Shown: one piece after another, positions 32,153 to 52,000 of the stretch | How the letters are laid out: every line of letters starts with the position of its first letter | How positions within the stretch are numbered: position 1 is the stretch's first letter | DNA from: Reclinomonas americana ATCC 50394 | Taxonomy: Eukaryota | Assembly: GCA_048213135.1 (NCBI GenBank) | Contig: PS015020.1 | Location: 268,430 to 332,429, forward strand | Direction of reading: 5' to 3' | Length of the DNA stretch: 64,000 nt | Program-made: the position numbers and the translations under genes | Notes under the pieces: generated by a model | The model's database searches: none | What the model was told of the DNA's origin: nothing | Seen by the model: only the letters and a program-made list of their open reading frames with translations

Positions 32153-32425
32153 TTTGTGAGAGAAAAAGTGTTAAGTTGCAGGACAGGCGATCTTTGAGCC
32201 AAAGTGCAGCAGGTTGTGTTAGTGGGCATTGAAGTACAGGCAAGTACTTGCTGTTCTCAGTACGCCATGTGAACGCGGAAAAGAACACGTCGACGTTCTC
32301 GAAATACAAGTCAGTTTTTGCATGCATTGTGCTTGGCAGCCTACGCTATGCAACTCTACGTGAGGCTAAAGGATTCCAAGGAACAGATATTCTGGTGCCA
32401 GTTCGCAAATATATCCTTGCTATAT

Positions 32426-35300
32426 TCATTGTAATTGCCGCCGTGAATGTACAACCACGCGACAATCCTTGGCGCCACTGGCTAATGCCGTGCCGTCGTC
32501 GTTCCATGCCACAGACGTCACGGCGGCGACATGATGATCGGAGAGCACGGCCAGGCAGCGGCCCGTGTCGACGTCCCACAAACGGACAGTGGCGTCGAAG
32601 CTGGCAGTGGCCAACACGCCAAAGTGCGGGTGGAAGGCCACATCGCGCACGGATTGTGTGTGACCGGTGAGCACGTGCAGACATTGCTGTGTGCGCAGGT
32701 CCCACAGACGGGCTGTCGTGTCGTGCGAGGCGGTGGCGAGCAAGTGCCCGTGTCGAGGGTGGAAGGCGACGCTGAAGAGCACATCCAGTGGTGCGCCGTC
32801 GGCCGAACTCAGTGTACACACTGGAACCGACGGCGCTGCACGAATGTCGAACACTTGCGAGGTGCCGTCACGCGAGGCCGATGCTAATCTCTGACTTCCG
32901 TCGCCGATGCCGCTGAATGCCACCCGGTACACCCAGTCCGTGTGACCGGTCAGCGTCGCGACTCGTCGACCGCCGTCGACATCCCACAACGAGCACGTGC
33001 GATCAACCGACGCCGACGCCAGCATGTTGGCTGCCAGAAGCATGCCAGAAGCGATGAGAGCGTGAGGGAGACATACATACAGTGGAGGCGATGGCGCACC
33101 ATTGCTGGGATTCGAGGTGACGCCAAACACACCGCCCTGGTGGCCTTTCAGCGACTGCGTTCGCCGGTACCACCCACTTGCAGCATCCTCGCTCCACACA
33201 TCGATGGAGCTCTCAAAAACGCCACCCACCACCGCCAGGCTGACTGGTGCTGGTCGAACCCAGGCCACTCCCTCCACCGTGCCGAACCCGGTGCGAATCA
33301 ACTGCTTCGGCTCCTCGTCGCGCCACAACACCAGAGCCTTGTCATCGCCACCAGAAGCGAGCATGCCGTTGTGTGCTCCCGTGCCAAACGCTAAGCACGC
33401 AACGCCGTCCGTGTGTCTTTCCAGTGCGACAATTTGATGCTGTCGATGGCCTTCTGCGTGCAAGTGAAAGTTGGTATGAGTCGTCTGCGATAGGAGAGTG
33501 CACAGCGTGAAGCAGCATGGCGGAACCTGTTAGCCACGATACTGGCGACTCCTTGGGCAGTGCAATAACTGCAGTGGGCCAAGAAAATAATGTCAGTGGG
33601 CATGCGTCGACGAAACCAGGGAGAACATCGTGACGCAACATGGCACGTCATCTGTGGCCAGTGAGTCCCACGCGCCAAAGTCGCTGGTCACAAACGGTGA
33701 CCCAAATTCCTCAACTGTGCGCACACAGACATACAGGCAGTGTGAGAGACACCATCGACGACAACAGAGGACTTCACGTGCAGACGTACATCCGTCGCTG
33801 CCAGTCGAACTATAGGGGGTGCCTGGGAAACCACACGATGAGTTGGAGACAAAGCGAGAGGCCATGGAGGAGAAGCTGCGCACCTGGCAGACTTCCGTTG
33901 CGCCGCCGAGCGCCGTGGGCTCCAAGAGAGTCTATCACAAAAAATGTCATTTCACAGAACCTCAAGGGCGCGGCACGGCACAAGAACGCAACTGGAGCCC
34001 ATGGTACTGGCGCGTGACGAGCGCGTACTCCCCGCACGCATCGGGGGCAGTGTAGGTGGTTGATGCACGGCCAGAGCGTCGACACTGACCGCATCGTTGA
34101 AAACGGACGAGCGTTTCCGCCGACCCACAGCACGTGGTGATGTTTGTGGAGCCTCCACTGTGTTTGTGATCAAAGAGTGAGCGCACCACCATCGATCGAG
34201 CACAGGGGAGATTGAACACACAACTGAGGCTGTGTGACGACGACGACGCCGACGAAGACGAGAGAGCCAGAGAGCACGCGCTGTCTGGCGAGCTCCTTCC
34301 GCGACCACCGTCACGACCTCCGCCTCGCAGTGACTCCACCGGCAGGTGGAGCGGCGGTGGCGACGCAAACAACGAACAATCGTCAGACCGATCGCTCATC
34401 ATGGTGGGCGACGGTCCATCGTCCGCCCCCACATCGCTCTCGAGCACACCCGGGAACGACGTCGCCAACTGCGACGACTCGGCCGACCACAGATTGTGAA
34501 ACAGGCGTCGCCGTCCGTGCAGCTTGACATCTGCGCTCTCCCCGTGCTCAGCACCTGACTGCTCCACGCACGAGCAAACGCACACGCACCATCGCCACGA
34601 AAGAAGAACGGCCACTTGGGTGGCGACGAGTGACGCAAATGCCGCTGATACCAGCCCACATCACTCCTTACCCCTCCTCCCGCACCCATCGAGGCCGCTG
34701 CACCGGCGCTTCCACCAGTCGCCGGCGAGCGCAGACGCAGTGAGGAGACATCAGAGAGCGGAGTGACCACTGTCGACGCCACATCGGGGCTTCCCACCAC
34801 CACAGGCGAGCCTCCGCTGACCATCAGTCGCGGAGCACTGAGTGAGAACTGCGAAGGGCTGCCAGGAGGAGGAACATCGCGAACTCGTGCTGCTGCAGTG
34901 GCCGAGGCGTACAGACTGGCTGCAGGAGCTGTGTGCGAAATCGGAGTCAGCAATCACTGTCTCTATCTGCTCACTCACTCTCACTCACTCACTCTGCTCA
35001 CTCTCCCTCTCTCTCTCTCTCACACACACACACACGCACACACTCACACACTCGCTACGTCACTCATGATCACTGTTGCTCTCATCATGACACGACTCTG
35101 TGTCTGACTCTCTCTCTCTCTCTCACTCAACTTGGCACACTCGCCCGCACGCGCACATCCTCATCGCCTGCATCTGGGTCAAAGAAGAAGTACCGCCAGA
35201 GGGCCACCACCAGAGGCACACTCAGCAGAATCGCGCCCACACTGCGCTCAGAGGGAAGCCTCGAGATAGGTCGCCATACACTCTCAAGAAAGCCAAGCAT
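32426..35300 (-). CDS. WD40-repeat protein, probably with N-terminal TM helix and Ser-rich linker, multi-exon
   Basis: WD40 repeats at 32426-33455 (GHTDWVYRVAFS, LATASHDTTARLWD, GHTQSVRDVAFHP). Upstream exons splice in frame (...DDVP|FIALPKESPVSWLT|EGHRQH...) toward a putative start MLGFLES... with TM VGAILLSVPLVVALW. WD40 part is secure; 5' linkage is less so. Confidence 0.7.
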
Positions 35301-35665
35301 GTGCAGGGAGAGAGAGAGAGGCTGTGCCGCCTCTCTCCACCTAAGTGGAATCGAACGCGCGCGAGTGTCCTTCTTCCTTGCAAGTGAGTCCTCTTTGCAA
35401 GTTACGGTCCGTGTAGTACGTGCGTTGTACGACAAGCTTTCAAGTTGCGAGCTGAGCTTTATCATTGGCAAAGCATGAGAACCCTAAGTCGAAGTTGCAA
35501 TTGATTGCGACGTCGACGTTGCGCGTGCATGCATGCAAGCTGCATATAAGCACGTGAGCCACTCACGCACATAAGTACGCGTGCATGCTCGCCTGTGCTT
35601 TCTCTTATGGCGCACGTCGCACAGTGCGTGTCCTGTGCATCTTTTTTGCGTGTTTTTCTCAGTGA

Positions 35666-35927
35666 ATGCGACGTGGCTTCTTCAGTGCCGCTGTGAGCGA
35701 ATGCGCCAGCGAGCCCAGTGAGAGAAGACCGCGTGTAAGTCGCGATGAGCTGCATGCAGCTGTGCGCGCAATGTGTGAAGTTGAGTCTCACACTCACTCA
35801 TTGTTTCTCTCTCTTTCACTCACTCATGCGCGTCTGTCTGCAGAACGCTCCTCATCTCCTTCGCCTGGGCCCCTTTGCACGATTCACCATGGCCGACTCG
35901 ACCACACAATGCACACAGTTGCGCACA

Positions 35928-35958
<31 letters not shown>

Positions 35959-38900
35959 CTCTCTCACTGTTGTCTGCAGAGTGGTGTGCCAAACCGTTCT
36001 CGAGTGGATCCTCTCCGAGTCTCTCTGTGTGCTTCCCACCTCCTTGGCCTCTGTCAGTGAGCTGGATGAGATTGCGCGTCGCCTGACTCTGTGGTTGCTT
36101 CCGCCTGGCACGAGTGTGGCTGCGGAGCAACCGGTGCCTGTGACTATCAAGAGTGAGCCTGGTGGGCGGAAGCAGGCGGCAGGTGTGAGTGTGCCGAGTA
36201 GCGTGTCGCGACAGGTGCCAGTCGTTCCGCCACAGGTGTCACTGGCCGCGCAGCGAATTCTGCATGCGGTGGGTGGTCTTCTTCTCCTTCTTCCTCCTCC
36301 TCCCTCCTCCTCCTCCTCCCCTTCCCCCTCCCCTCCCTCCCTCCGTACCTCGTCCTCACTCCCTCGCGTCGTACCGTCGTCCGTCCGTACCGTCCGTCGT
36401 CCGTCGTCGTCGTACTACGTACGTANNNNNNNNNNNNNNNNNNNNCTCTCCTCCTCGTGTCTCGTCGTCGTCTCCTACCCCCCCCTTCCCTTCCTTTATT
36501 CCTTCTTTCCTCCTTACTTCTCCTGTCCTTGCTCCTCCTCCCCTTCCTCCTTCACCCTTGCGCCTTCGTTCATCTGTGCTCCCTTCTCCATTCTCCTCCC
36601 TTCTCCTCCCTTGCTTCATTCCTCATTCATCCTTGCCCCACCCTCTCCTTCCTGCCCTTATCCTCCCTTCCTCCTTCCTCCCTCCCTTCGTCTCTCACCC
36701 TTTCCACGCACAGTTCCCTGGCGATGGCGACGACTTGGCGGTCCTCGTCTCGCGTGTTCTTGTCTTGTCGGCCGATGTGCTGGGGCTCATCCGCGCCGAG
36801 GCTGTGCTGTTGCCACCACTGCCTCCGTTGCCTGTGGTGGATGAGATGATGACTGCTTTGGGTGTGGACGAAGCGATGGAGGACAGTGGCACTGCGTCGC
36901 CGGCGTTTGCGATGCCGCCACCGCCACTGCTGCCACTGCCGTTGCCTCCGCCTCCACCGCCCGCACTGGCGGCGCTGTCTGCTGTGTCGTCGACGTCGCT
37001 GGAGTCCATGGCAGTCGATGTGAAGAGCGAGGAGCCGTTGTTGTTGCCGCCGTCTGCATCGTCGTCGTCGCTCCTGTCGGAGACGCCGACCGACGCCGTG
37101 GCCGCCACCGCATCCTTGCGGCGCAGTTCTCGTCGTGCTGCCACCACTGGGCACAAGCGATTCACGCAGACCGAGAGCGGTGGCTTTGCGTACGACGAGG
37201 ACGAGGAGGAGCTGGACGAGGAGCTGTTGCCGGAGGATGACGAGTACGAGGACGAGGAGGACATGGTGATTCCACGCAGTAGCAGCGGCGCGGGTGTTCC
37301 CGCCGCAGGTGGGTCCTCTTCGTCGCTGCCGGGCGTGGCAAGCGACGATAGCGACGATGACTACGAGGACGAGTCGCTGTCGCAGATGATGGCTCGCGTG
37401 CGACCGAAACGCAGTCGTTCCAAGAAGACGGGAGCGACGGCAGCAGCAGCAGCAGCAGCAGCAACAACGGGTTCTGCTTCTGCCGTCACGACGGCAGCGA
37501 AGCCTACCACTCGCTCGTCGAGACGCGCGGCGGCCTCCTCGAAGAACGCGAAACCGACTGCGAACGCCGGGTCGGCCAAGAAGAAGAACAGCATCGGCAA
37601 CATCTCTCCGCAGGTGGATGCCAAGAGCGGGGCGTCTCGTCGCAGCGGGAGTGGCGCTGCCGCTGCAGCAGCAGCGGCGGCAGCAGCTGCGGCCGCCACT
37701 GTGCCCATGGTCGACAGAGGCAACTGCCCGTTCCTCCCGGGATCGGACTTGGCGCACGCGTGGGAACGCATTCGCATGGTGCTGGTGGTGGAGCACAATC
37801 GTGTGGTGCAGTCGGTGCGTGTGCTCGACTCCCATGATGTCATCACCGCGCTGTTCTGGTTTGTGTAACCTTATGTCGCAGGGCGGCTGGCCGAGACCGA
37901 CCGACGATCGGTTCGAGCTCCTTGACTGCGACACAGTGTCGGACCGAGTGTGGCCTGCCGCCGTCGGCGTCATCCAGTCGCTGGTCACCTGTGGGTGGCT
38001 GTCATTTGCGGTCAGTAGATGCGTGATACCCAGGCCATGAAGGAGCAGTTGTGCTGATTCGCGAGTGTGCCTTTTTTCCAGCATGCTGCACGCTCGATGC
38101 TCAGCGCACCGCGTGGTGTCGACTTTATGGTGCACTTTGTGCGCACGTATCCAGCCAGCTGCGAAGTGGTGAGTCGCACTATTTTCCCATGTCACTGCAT
38201 TCCCGCACGCTTGTGTTTCTGAATAATTGTCTACAGCTCGCCCGCAACACTGTCCAGCTGCTCACCGAGCCTCGCCTCACCAATCTCCTCACGGAGCGAT
38301 CGTTTCGTTCGGGCCCTCAATGCTTTGCTGACGAAAGAGACCACTCATGTTTCTTTGCAGTGGCGACCTCATTCTACAACTGGCCACCGCCTCACCCACC
38401 ACGGCTGCCCTCTGTCGCGATGCCTGTCTCGAGTATGACGTCGATGTGCGACTGACGTTGGCGGTCGCTGCCGTTGGCCCGCCCGCCCAGTTCACCACCT
38501 TTCTCGCCTCGCTGCTGGACCGGCGTGTGGATCTGTTCTGGCGACGCTTTCAACACACGTCGGAGCGACAGAGTCTCCAACGGCGCTGGCTCGACGCGTG
38601 GAATGCGCTTGTTGCGTACCTCTTCTGGACGTGAGGAAAGCCTTGAATGATTGATACTTACTCGCACGCCTCACCACACGCAGTCAGTGCAAGCCGGCGC
38701 CGACTCCACGTTGTCGCCCTCGCGCCCAGTAGGCATCCTGTCACCGGAACGTGGCGGTGCTGCGCGTGTGAGTGTGCTGCCGCATTTGTGCAACTTGTTG
38801 CGAGTGCACATGTACTTGGTGTCGGCGCATCGCGTTGATGTCCTCTCCGCGGCGGCGGACTTGTCGCGAGTGCTCGACGCGTGTGCGGAGCTTGCCGTGT

Positions 38901-41820
38901 ACTCGCGTCGGTATGCCCTGCCACTTCTCGCATGCGCTTTGTGCTGCATGTTCTCACTTCCTTTCCCTTCTTCTTCTTCTTCAACGCAGCATCGGTGACC
39001 TCGCACTGTGCCTGGTGACGTGCGATTCGACCGTGCACGAGAAAATGCCTCGAGTTTCGTGCACTGAAGAGATGCGGAGATTTCGTCAGTTCGATGCATG
39101 CTGACCCACGCGATTGCAGAGCGAGGTGCGCGACTGGTATGCACGAATGCTGCTGGGTCCGTGCCGCGATACGGTGCTGCTGTTCTCGACATACTTCCAC
39201 ACTCGGCATTATCAGCAAATCAACACCTTTGTGCGACCGGCCACCCAAATCAACCTCAGTCTGAGTTGAGTGTGGTTGGGGGTTAGTGAGTGTGTGCGCG
39301 GCGAGCATTTTAGTTGACTCCCGTGCCTCCGGTTAGGCAACGAGTGGGCCAAAGAGCTGGAATCGATCATCACCAAAGAGGTGCTGCCGATCGACCGCCT
39401 GGTGCAAGCCGTGCTGGATGTGAAACCTGTGCGCATCGAGAGGTCGCCAACCGGGCACTTTGCGCTCACCTGCGTGTACCAGCTGCTTCGTAGCGGTCTG
39501 CTGCGCAAGCACAAGCGTGACTGCTCCTCGTGGATGTTTCGACAGGTGCAGCTGGTGGTGCCTCCGGTTGACGCCACCGCAGTGCGTGCCGTGGAGGAGC
39601 TGGTGAAGAAGTTGCGCACATCACATACAACCGGTTGTTGGTTGAAGGAGGTTCGCGTATTGGGTTTGCTCATGTGCCTGCGTGGTGTGTAGCACCGAGT
39701 CGCTGCCGGCCGAGCCCTTCAGTATGCAACCGTGGGACCGCAGCGAGGTTGCCAGCGTCATGGCGCGCTGCGTCCGTCAGGCCGATCACGACTCGGCGGC
39801 GTCCACCACTCTCCTGCTTCTCATGTACTATGTTCTGCTGCTGGCCAAGACGAATGCTGAGCACGGTGAGTGTGTGTGGTGTTTGTGTGTGTGTGTGTAT
39901 AGTGTTGTGGTTGTCTCCTCGTTCTCCTCACGAGTGGTGGCGCAGAATTCGACACAAACTTTGTCGACGGGTTGCCACTGAAGCGAGTACTGGCACGCGT
40001 GCACAAACACGCAAAGTTGTACGATGCGCTGTACCCGCAGCTGCTGAGTGTGATTGTGGCCACGTATCCGCACGCGTTCTCCATGCGTTCGCTCTTGCTG
40101 GAGGAGCAAATCGCGGACAGGTTTGTCATTGTGCGCTCCCGACTACCGCGCTCCTTTCCGACTTACTCACTCGCACCGTCCAGTGTGTCTCTGGTGTCAG
40201 CGTCGCGTTCCCGCTTGCACGGACTGCAAGAGCAGTGTGTTGCCGCACGACACGATCCCACCAAGCTGTGCATCGGTAAGAGTTTGTGCTGCTGTGTCTC
40301 TTTGCCATCTCGAGCGTAAGTGTGCTCACAATGTGGCGTGCAGTGTTGGCCAGATTACGCGACGCGCTGCCAGAGTCGCTGCTCGAATTCAAGAGCTTCA
40401 TTGTCAGCGACTGTCTAGAGGCCGCTCTCAAGGACTCGAGGTTTGTATATGAGTTTTTCGGCTTGCCAGTCGCTGACTTCGTGCAACTCACACCCGTGGT
40501 GTTTGCAGCTTTGATCAGCGACAAGCGGCGAGTGTGCTGGCGGCCGTGGAACCCGTGTGGCAGCGACTGCTAGCTGCCGATCCGTTGCCGGTGACACTGG
40601 CCACCGCCAATGCTCTCCGTGCAGTCGACCCTGGGTATGTGCACGTGAGATGATGGTTGTCTCTGTACATGCTAATAACCCCTGCGCATCGCAGCATCGA
40701 CTTTACTCACGAGGACTACACGCGGGAGCCGACGGTGCTGTTTGAGAGTCACGCCAATGTGTTCTCGTTTGCGAGCGCCACACGCATCTTCCTCGACGTG
40801 CTCTCCGTGTACTTGACGGCCTCGCGACGGGAGCTGGAAGCACTGCTGGAAAAGGTGAGGCGACTGCAACGTGCTTTCGTTTTCACGACGCTCACTGCGA
40901 ATGGCGATTACTGCAGACCGGCCGTACCAGCGATCAGCGAGAGTCGCTACATGCGTTGCTGGAGACGCAAGACAGTGTGGTTGTGCAATTGGCATTGGAG
41001 CTCATGGACCCACAACTCGCGCGGTCGGCTCAGGCGCACCCCCGGCAGTCTGGTGCGTGCGCGAGACGGAGGATGTGGCACATCGTGTGTCTCACTTTTC
41101 CTTTCTTCCAGCTGAGCATTTCCAAGTGTGCCTCGCTCTCGGCGACTTCATTCACCAACTGTTCATCGAGAGTCCGAGGACGGCGCGAGTGGTGCACTTG
41201 CAGACGTACGCGGCCAGTCTCTTGCCGACAGCCGTGGAAGTGATTCCGTCCATGCGTTGCGTACCACTCACTGCGCACGACATTGCACACGCACGACTTA
41301 CCCTGTCTCAACCACCTGCAGATATCTGCTTGGATTTCTGCGGCGACATGCTGGCTCAACGCGACCGTCACGAAGTGCAAGTGTTTGCCGTGCAGCTGGT
41401 TGCCGCGATTGCCAACAAGTACATTATTCAGCAGAGGTGAGTGAGTTGTTGAGCATACTGCGTGGTGGTGCGTTCTCAATGCTCATTCACTTGGACCACA
41501 GTGCGGATCTGTTGATTCAGTGCGTTGGCTACATGAAGGAGTGGGTGGCGCAGCGGCCAAACTCGGTGCGCCTGTTGGTGCCGCTTCTCACGCCGATTGC
41601 CGTCAAGTATCCGCCACTGAAGCCACCACTACTCGACGTGATGCTCGGTGAGTTGTGCGGTGGACGATGTATGCAATGGAAACTGCCGACTGAATCACGT
41701 GTGCGTACACGCACAGGTCTCAATGTGTACAAGGACGGTTCGGTGCCACTAGGTGACAGCGACGAGAGACACCAGCAGCTGCTCGAGTGCCTGCAGGCAC
41801 TCTCGGCCAGCGGCGAATAG
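35666..41820 (+). CDS. INTS2: Integrator complex subunit 2-like, multi-exon, with large low-complexity insertion
   Basis: LGDFIHQLFIESPRTARVVHLQTYAASLLPTAVEVIPSM|HICLDF and AARVFLDVL-like/LETQDSVVVQLALE segments match the INTS2 C-terminal conserved block; ends TAG at 41820. Confidence 0.85.
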
Positions 41821-41989
41821 ATGGGGCGAATAAATTGCAAAGAAAAACAACAGCAACTTTGTGCAGCACAAGACGCGATCAATCACCACGCAACCTTTAA
41901 TAATATTTTTCTTTCCTTGGTTGTTTGATTCTTGCGGTGTGTGCGCATGCGTGGGCGAACCAGCGAGCACACCGCAGGTGTTGGGCAGA

Positions 41990-45712
<3,723 letters not shown>

Positions 45713-45955
45713 TTTGTGAGAGGAGAATGAGTGGGTGTCCCATGTCGGAGTTGAAAACTCTTGACGTCGACGAGGAGAACGGTTTGACAAATGATGCCTG
45801 TGCAGAGCTGTGTTGCTGGTAAGCCCTCAAGCCACACGTTGTGGGACACCCCCCTGCTGATCAGCTCGAGTCGACCATCTCCGACCATTATATTGACCAA
45901 TGTCCTGTGCCACGCACTCACACTATCATCGAGCTCGAGCTCGACACACTGCACC

Positions 45956-48701
<2,746 letters not shown>

Positions 48702-49010
48702 TGAGTGTTGTTGCAAGCAAATAAAAGAATGAATATACGAAGCTGAGGTATGCATGAAGCTGAGGTGGACGCAATCTGCTTCAGTTTTTGTACTATCGGT
48801 TGTGGTGACTATACCTACATACCTATGTCGCAGTGAGGAGGAGGGCACCTTGCAATGAAACTTTCCTCTCCCTTTCCCTAAAAAATTTTCGTTTCGAATT
48901 CAGTTTCCCTGGCAACTTGTCTCAAGGTCGCCCGGCGTTTCTTATTAATATTACGTTGCACCACCAGCGCCCCATTTCCTCTCCTTCCCCCCTTCTCTCT
49001 CTCTCTGATA

Positions 49011-52000
49011 TTACAGCGGGCGCTTCCGCTTGCCCGGCTCGATGCGATACGACTGCGCATAACACTCCTCCTCGCCCATCACCTCCATGTGCGATCCGAG
49101 GTGGTGCAGCAGGTACGGCAGTCCGCGAATAAAGTATGGTTGTTGTTGATAGATGCCGACCTCCTTGATCTGCGCGGCGATGCGCTTGCACTTGGAGAAG
49201 TTGACGAGAGTTGAATCGCGTAGGAACGTCTCGTTCTCGTCCAAGTGCACGAGGATGGTGAGGTAGGCGCCGATGAATGGAATGCACGGCGGCTCCACAT
49301 CCTTCAGCAGCGTGCGCATCACGCGGTAGTTGTCGGTGCGCGATACGAGGTCGCGCAAGCGGTCCAATCGCTCGCGCATCGAGCGCGACAACGAGGCGAA
49401 TGTGCGGTCCAGCCGGTAGACCGGCGTAAGGTTGAAGCCGGTGATGATGGCCAGCGTGGTGGAGAAGTTGTTCAGCGGCGAAATGCACACCTCGGCCACC
49501 TCGATCCACCGCATCACCACCTGCTTGCGTCGCTGCAGCTCCTCCTCGCGCAGAATGGTGGTGGCCACGAACCACGACAGCCGATTGGTGCGGTCAATGG
49601 AGCGGATCACATTGGGGGCCAGGCGCGCCTTGTCACGCTTCACCCACGCCTGCTGAATGAGTTCGCGCGGCTGCACGCGACGGAACAGCGAGTACTCGAT
49701 CAGCGTCAACTGGCGGGCGATCTCCACCGGGCTCCACTGCGTGTGTGCGACGAGTCACGAATGAGACAGGGATCGTAATCAGCTCTCTCTTTGTGTGTGT
49801 GCATGTGTTTGAGAGATAGAGAGAGACTCTCCCTCTCCTACTCCGTTGCCTTCTCTCTCATATTCACACACACACTCCGTGCACTGCGCTCTTTTCCTCT
49901 CTCTCTCTCCCTTCCCTCCCCGCTCTCTTGCTTTCCCTCTCCCTCTCCCTCTCCCTCTCCCGCTCTCCCTCCTTCTCCCTTCCCTCCACCCACCTGCAGC
50001 ACACTTAACGGCCGATTGCTCGACACAATGCGACCAAAGATCTTTGGTAGAATCGGCAACGGCGAGTCCTGAATGAGATCGCGCTGCCACTCCAGCTCGT
50101 CCGTCAGGCCGCTGCCAAGCAGGCCCTTGACAATGGCGCGCTTCAGCAGATGCGCGTTCTGCGGCTCATGCAACGCCATGTAGCGGTCGCAGAATTCGAT
50201 AAGCGACGCCAGCAACTCGCAGTCGAGATCCGAGAAGAAATCGTCGACGAGTCGGCGCAGACTGTGAAACACTCGATGCCGAATGGCGCGCATCGAATCG
50301 TGCTGCGGCTGCGAACCACCGCTCACCGCTTCCACCGCAATGAAACGGTACATCAGCGCCTTGATGAGATACGCCGGGGTGGTGAACCACTGATACGTGA
50401 GCATAAAGTCGGTGCGGAAATTTTGACCTGCATGACCGAGGAGCCGCGTGAGCAACCGACAGAAGCACATACACACACACACACTCCCTCGCATCTCCTC
50501 TCCCTGTCTACAACTCACCAAAGCTATCCGGACTCGTCAGCTTCTCAATCAGCTTATCGACAGTGGCGGATCGCACTTGCCGCTCCACAATCATCATCTC
50601 ACGCAGTGACATGACCGACTGAAGCTCGCCGACTTGCGCCGCCACTGCACCGGCGGCGGCAGCGGATGACGACGAAACGTTCATGGTGGAGGCCGACCTC
50701 CCACGCGCCAACTGCACGGTGGTAGCTGCTGCCGGTGTCGCCGCGGCCGTGGGCGCAGCCACAACAACGGCGGCTGTGTCGTCGTCGTCGCCGAGGATGC
50801 GAGGTGCCTCGCCGCGAATGCCGCCGGCGCCAATAGGCTCCTCGAAACGCAGATTGGACGGCGAGTCGGGGGTGTAGCGCTTGGCCTCGCGCCGCGCCGC
50901 ACGAACAACGCTGTCGAACGACGCGTAAGAGGACGACGGCGGCAAGTGCGCATCGGCCGGGTCATCCACGTCCGGTTCCTCGTTGGTCGGCGACGATGGC
51001 GTAGCGCCAGTGTCCACCGCAAGGCTCCGCCGACTGAGCTCCTCCACCACCTCCAGTGTGAAGAACGGCAGAATGTCGTCCGATCGTGCCAGTTTGCTCG
51101 CGAGCAGCATTGTGTCGAGCGACGAGGCCCACACAGTGGCCTGCGGCACACTCAGTCCCTTGCCGAGCTGTGCAGGACACGAGATGAGCGAACACAAAAT
51201 CGACAAGAAAACGAAAACACGTTATGTACCGTTAACAACACGTGCAACAACTTCGACACCTCGACCGGCGCATACTGCTCAGTCGGCATGTCGCAGTGCG
51301 AGAGTACCGACGAGAACAAGAACACCCAGCTGCGGTGCGAGCCGTGCTCCTCTGAAGTACCTGGGGCACGCATCGAATGAGACCACGCAGCCAAGACCAC
51401 CACCATAACGCCAACTGCAATCTCACCGCGCGTGACACAGTGCGAAAGCAGCGGAGCAAATCGTGCAATGAGGCACGGCATTGTCTGCGTGAACGCCCGT
51501 CGCAAGGAAGCCGACGCCGACAACAGGTTCGGTCGCACGCGTTGCCCGCTACCAGGCGATGCTGTGGCGGAGGGTGCACGTGGCCGACTCGAGTCGGATT
51601 GCACAAACACTGCTCGGTGCACCACCGCCGACGCCTCCTCGATCAGCGAGCGCAACGGGCCGGTCAGTGGCGTGTTGTCTGCTCATAGTACACATGAGAA
51701 GGAAGAGACGAGGCGATGGCTGTCGCGCTGACAAACGCACCAGTGGTGTCTGGCGGCAGCGATGAATTGCTAAAATTCAGTGCGGACTCGGTAAAGGACG
51801 CCACCGTCGACAAGGCCTCGGAGCCGGGAATGAGGAACGCCAAATCGTAGTCGTGGTGTGCTGCCGGCGGCTGCGTGTAGCACAGCACCAGACCGAGAAG
51901 ATCGAGGGCCAGTTGACCGATCGTATCGCTGTAGATTTCCTTGTGATCCGGCAGTCGAGTCCTCTCCGCCTCCCAAATCTCCCGAAGTGACGGCGGCTGT

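Noticed and set aside
32411-32420. ATATCCTTG resembling a U12 AT-AC donor
   Set aside because: It is intergenic on that strand, with no associated exon or branch site.
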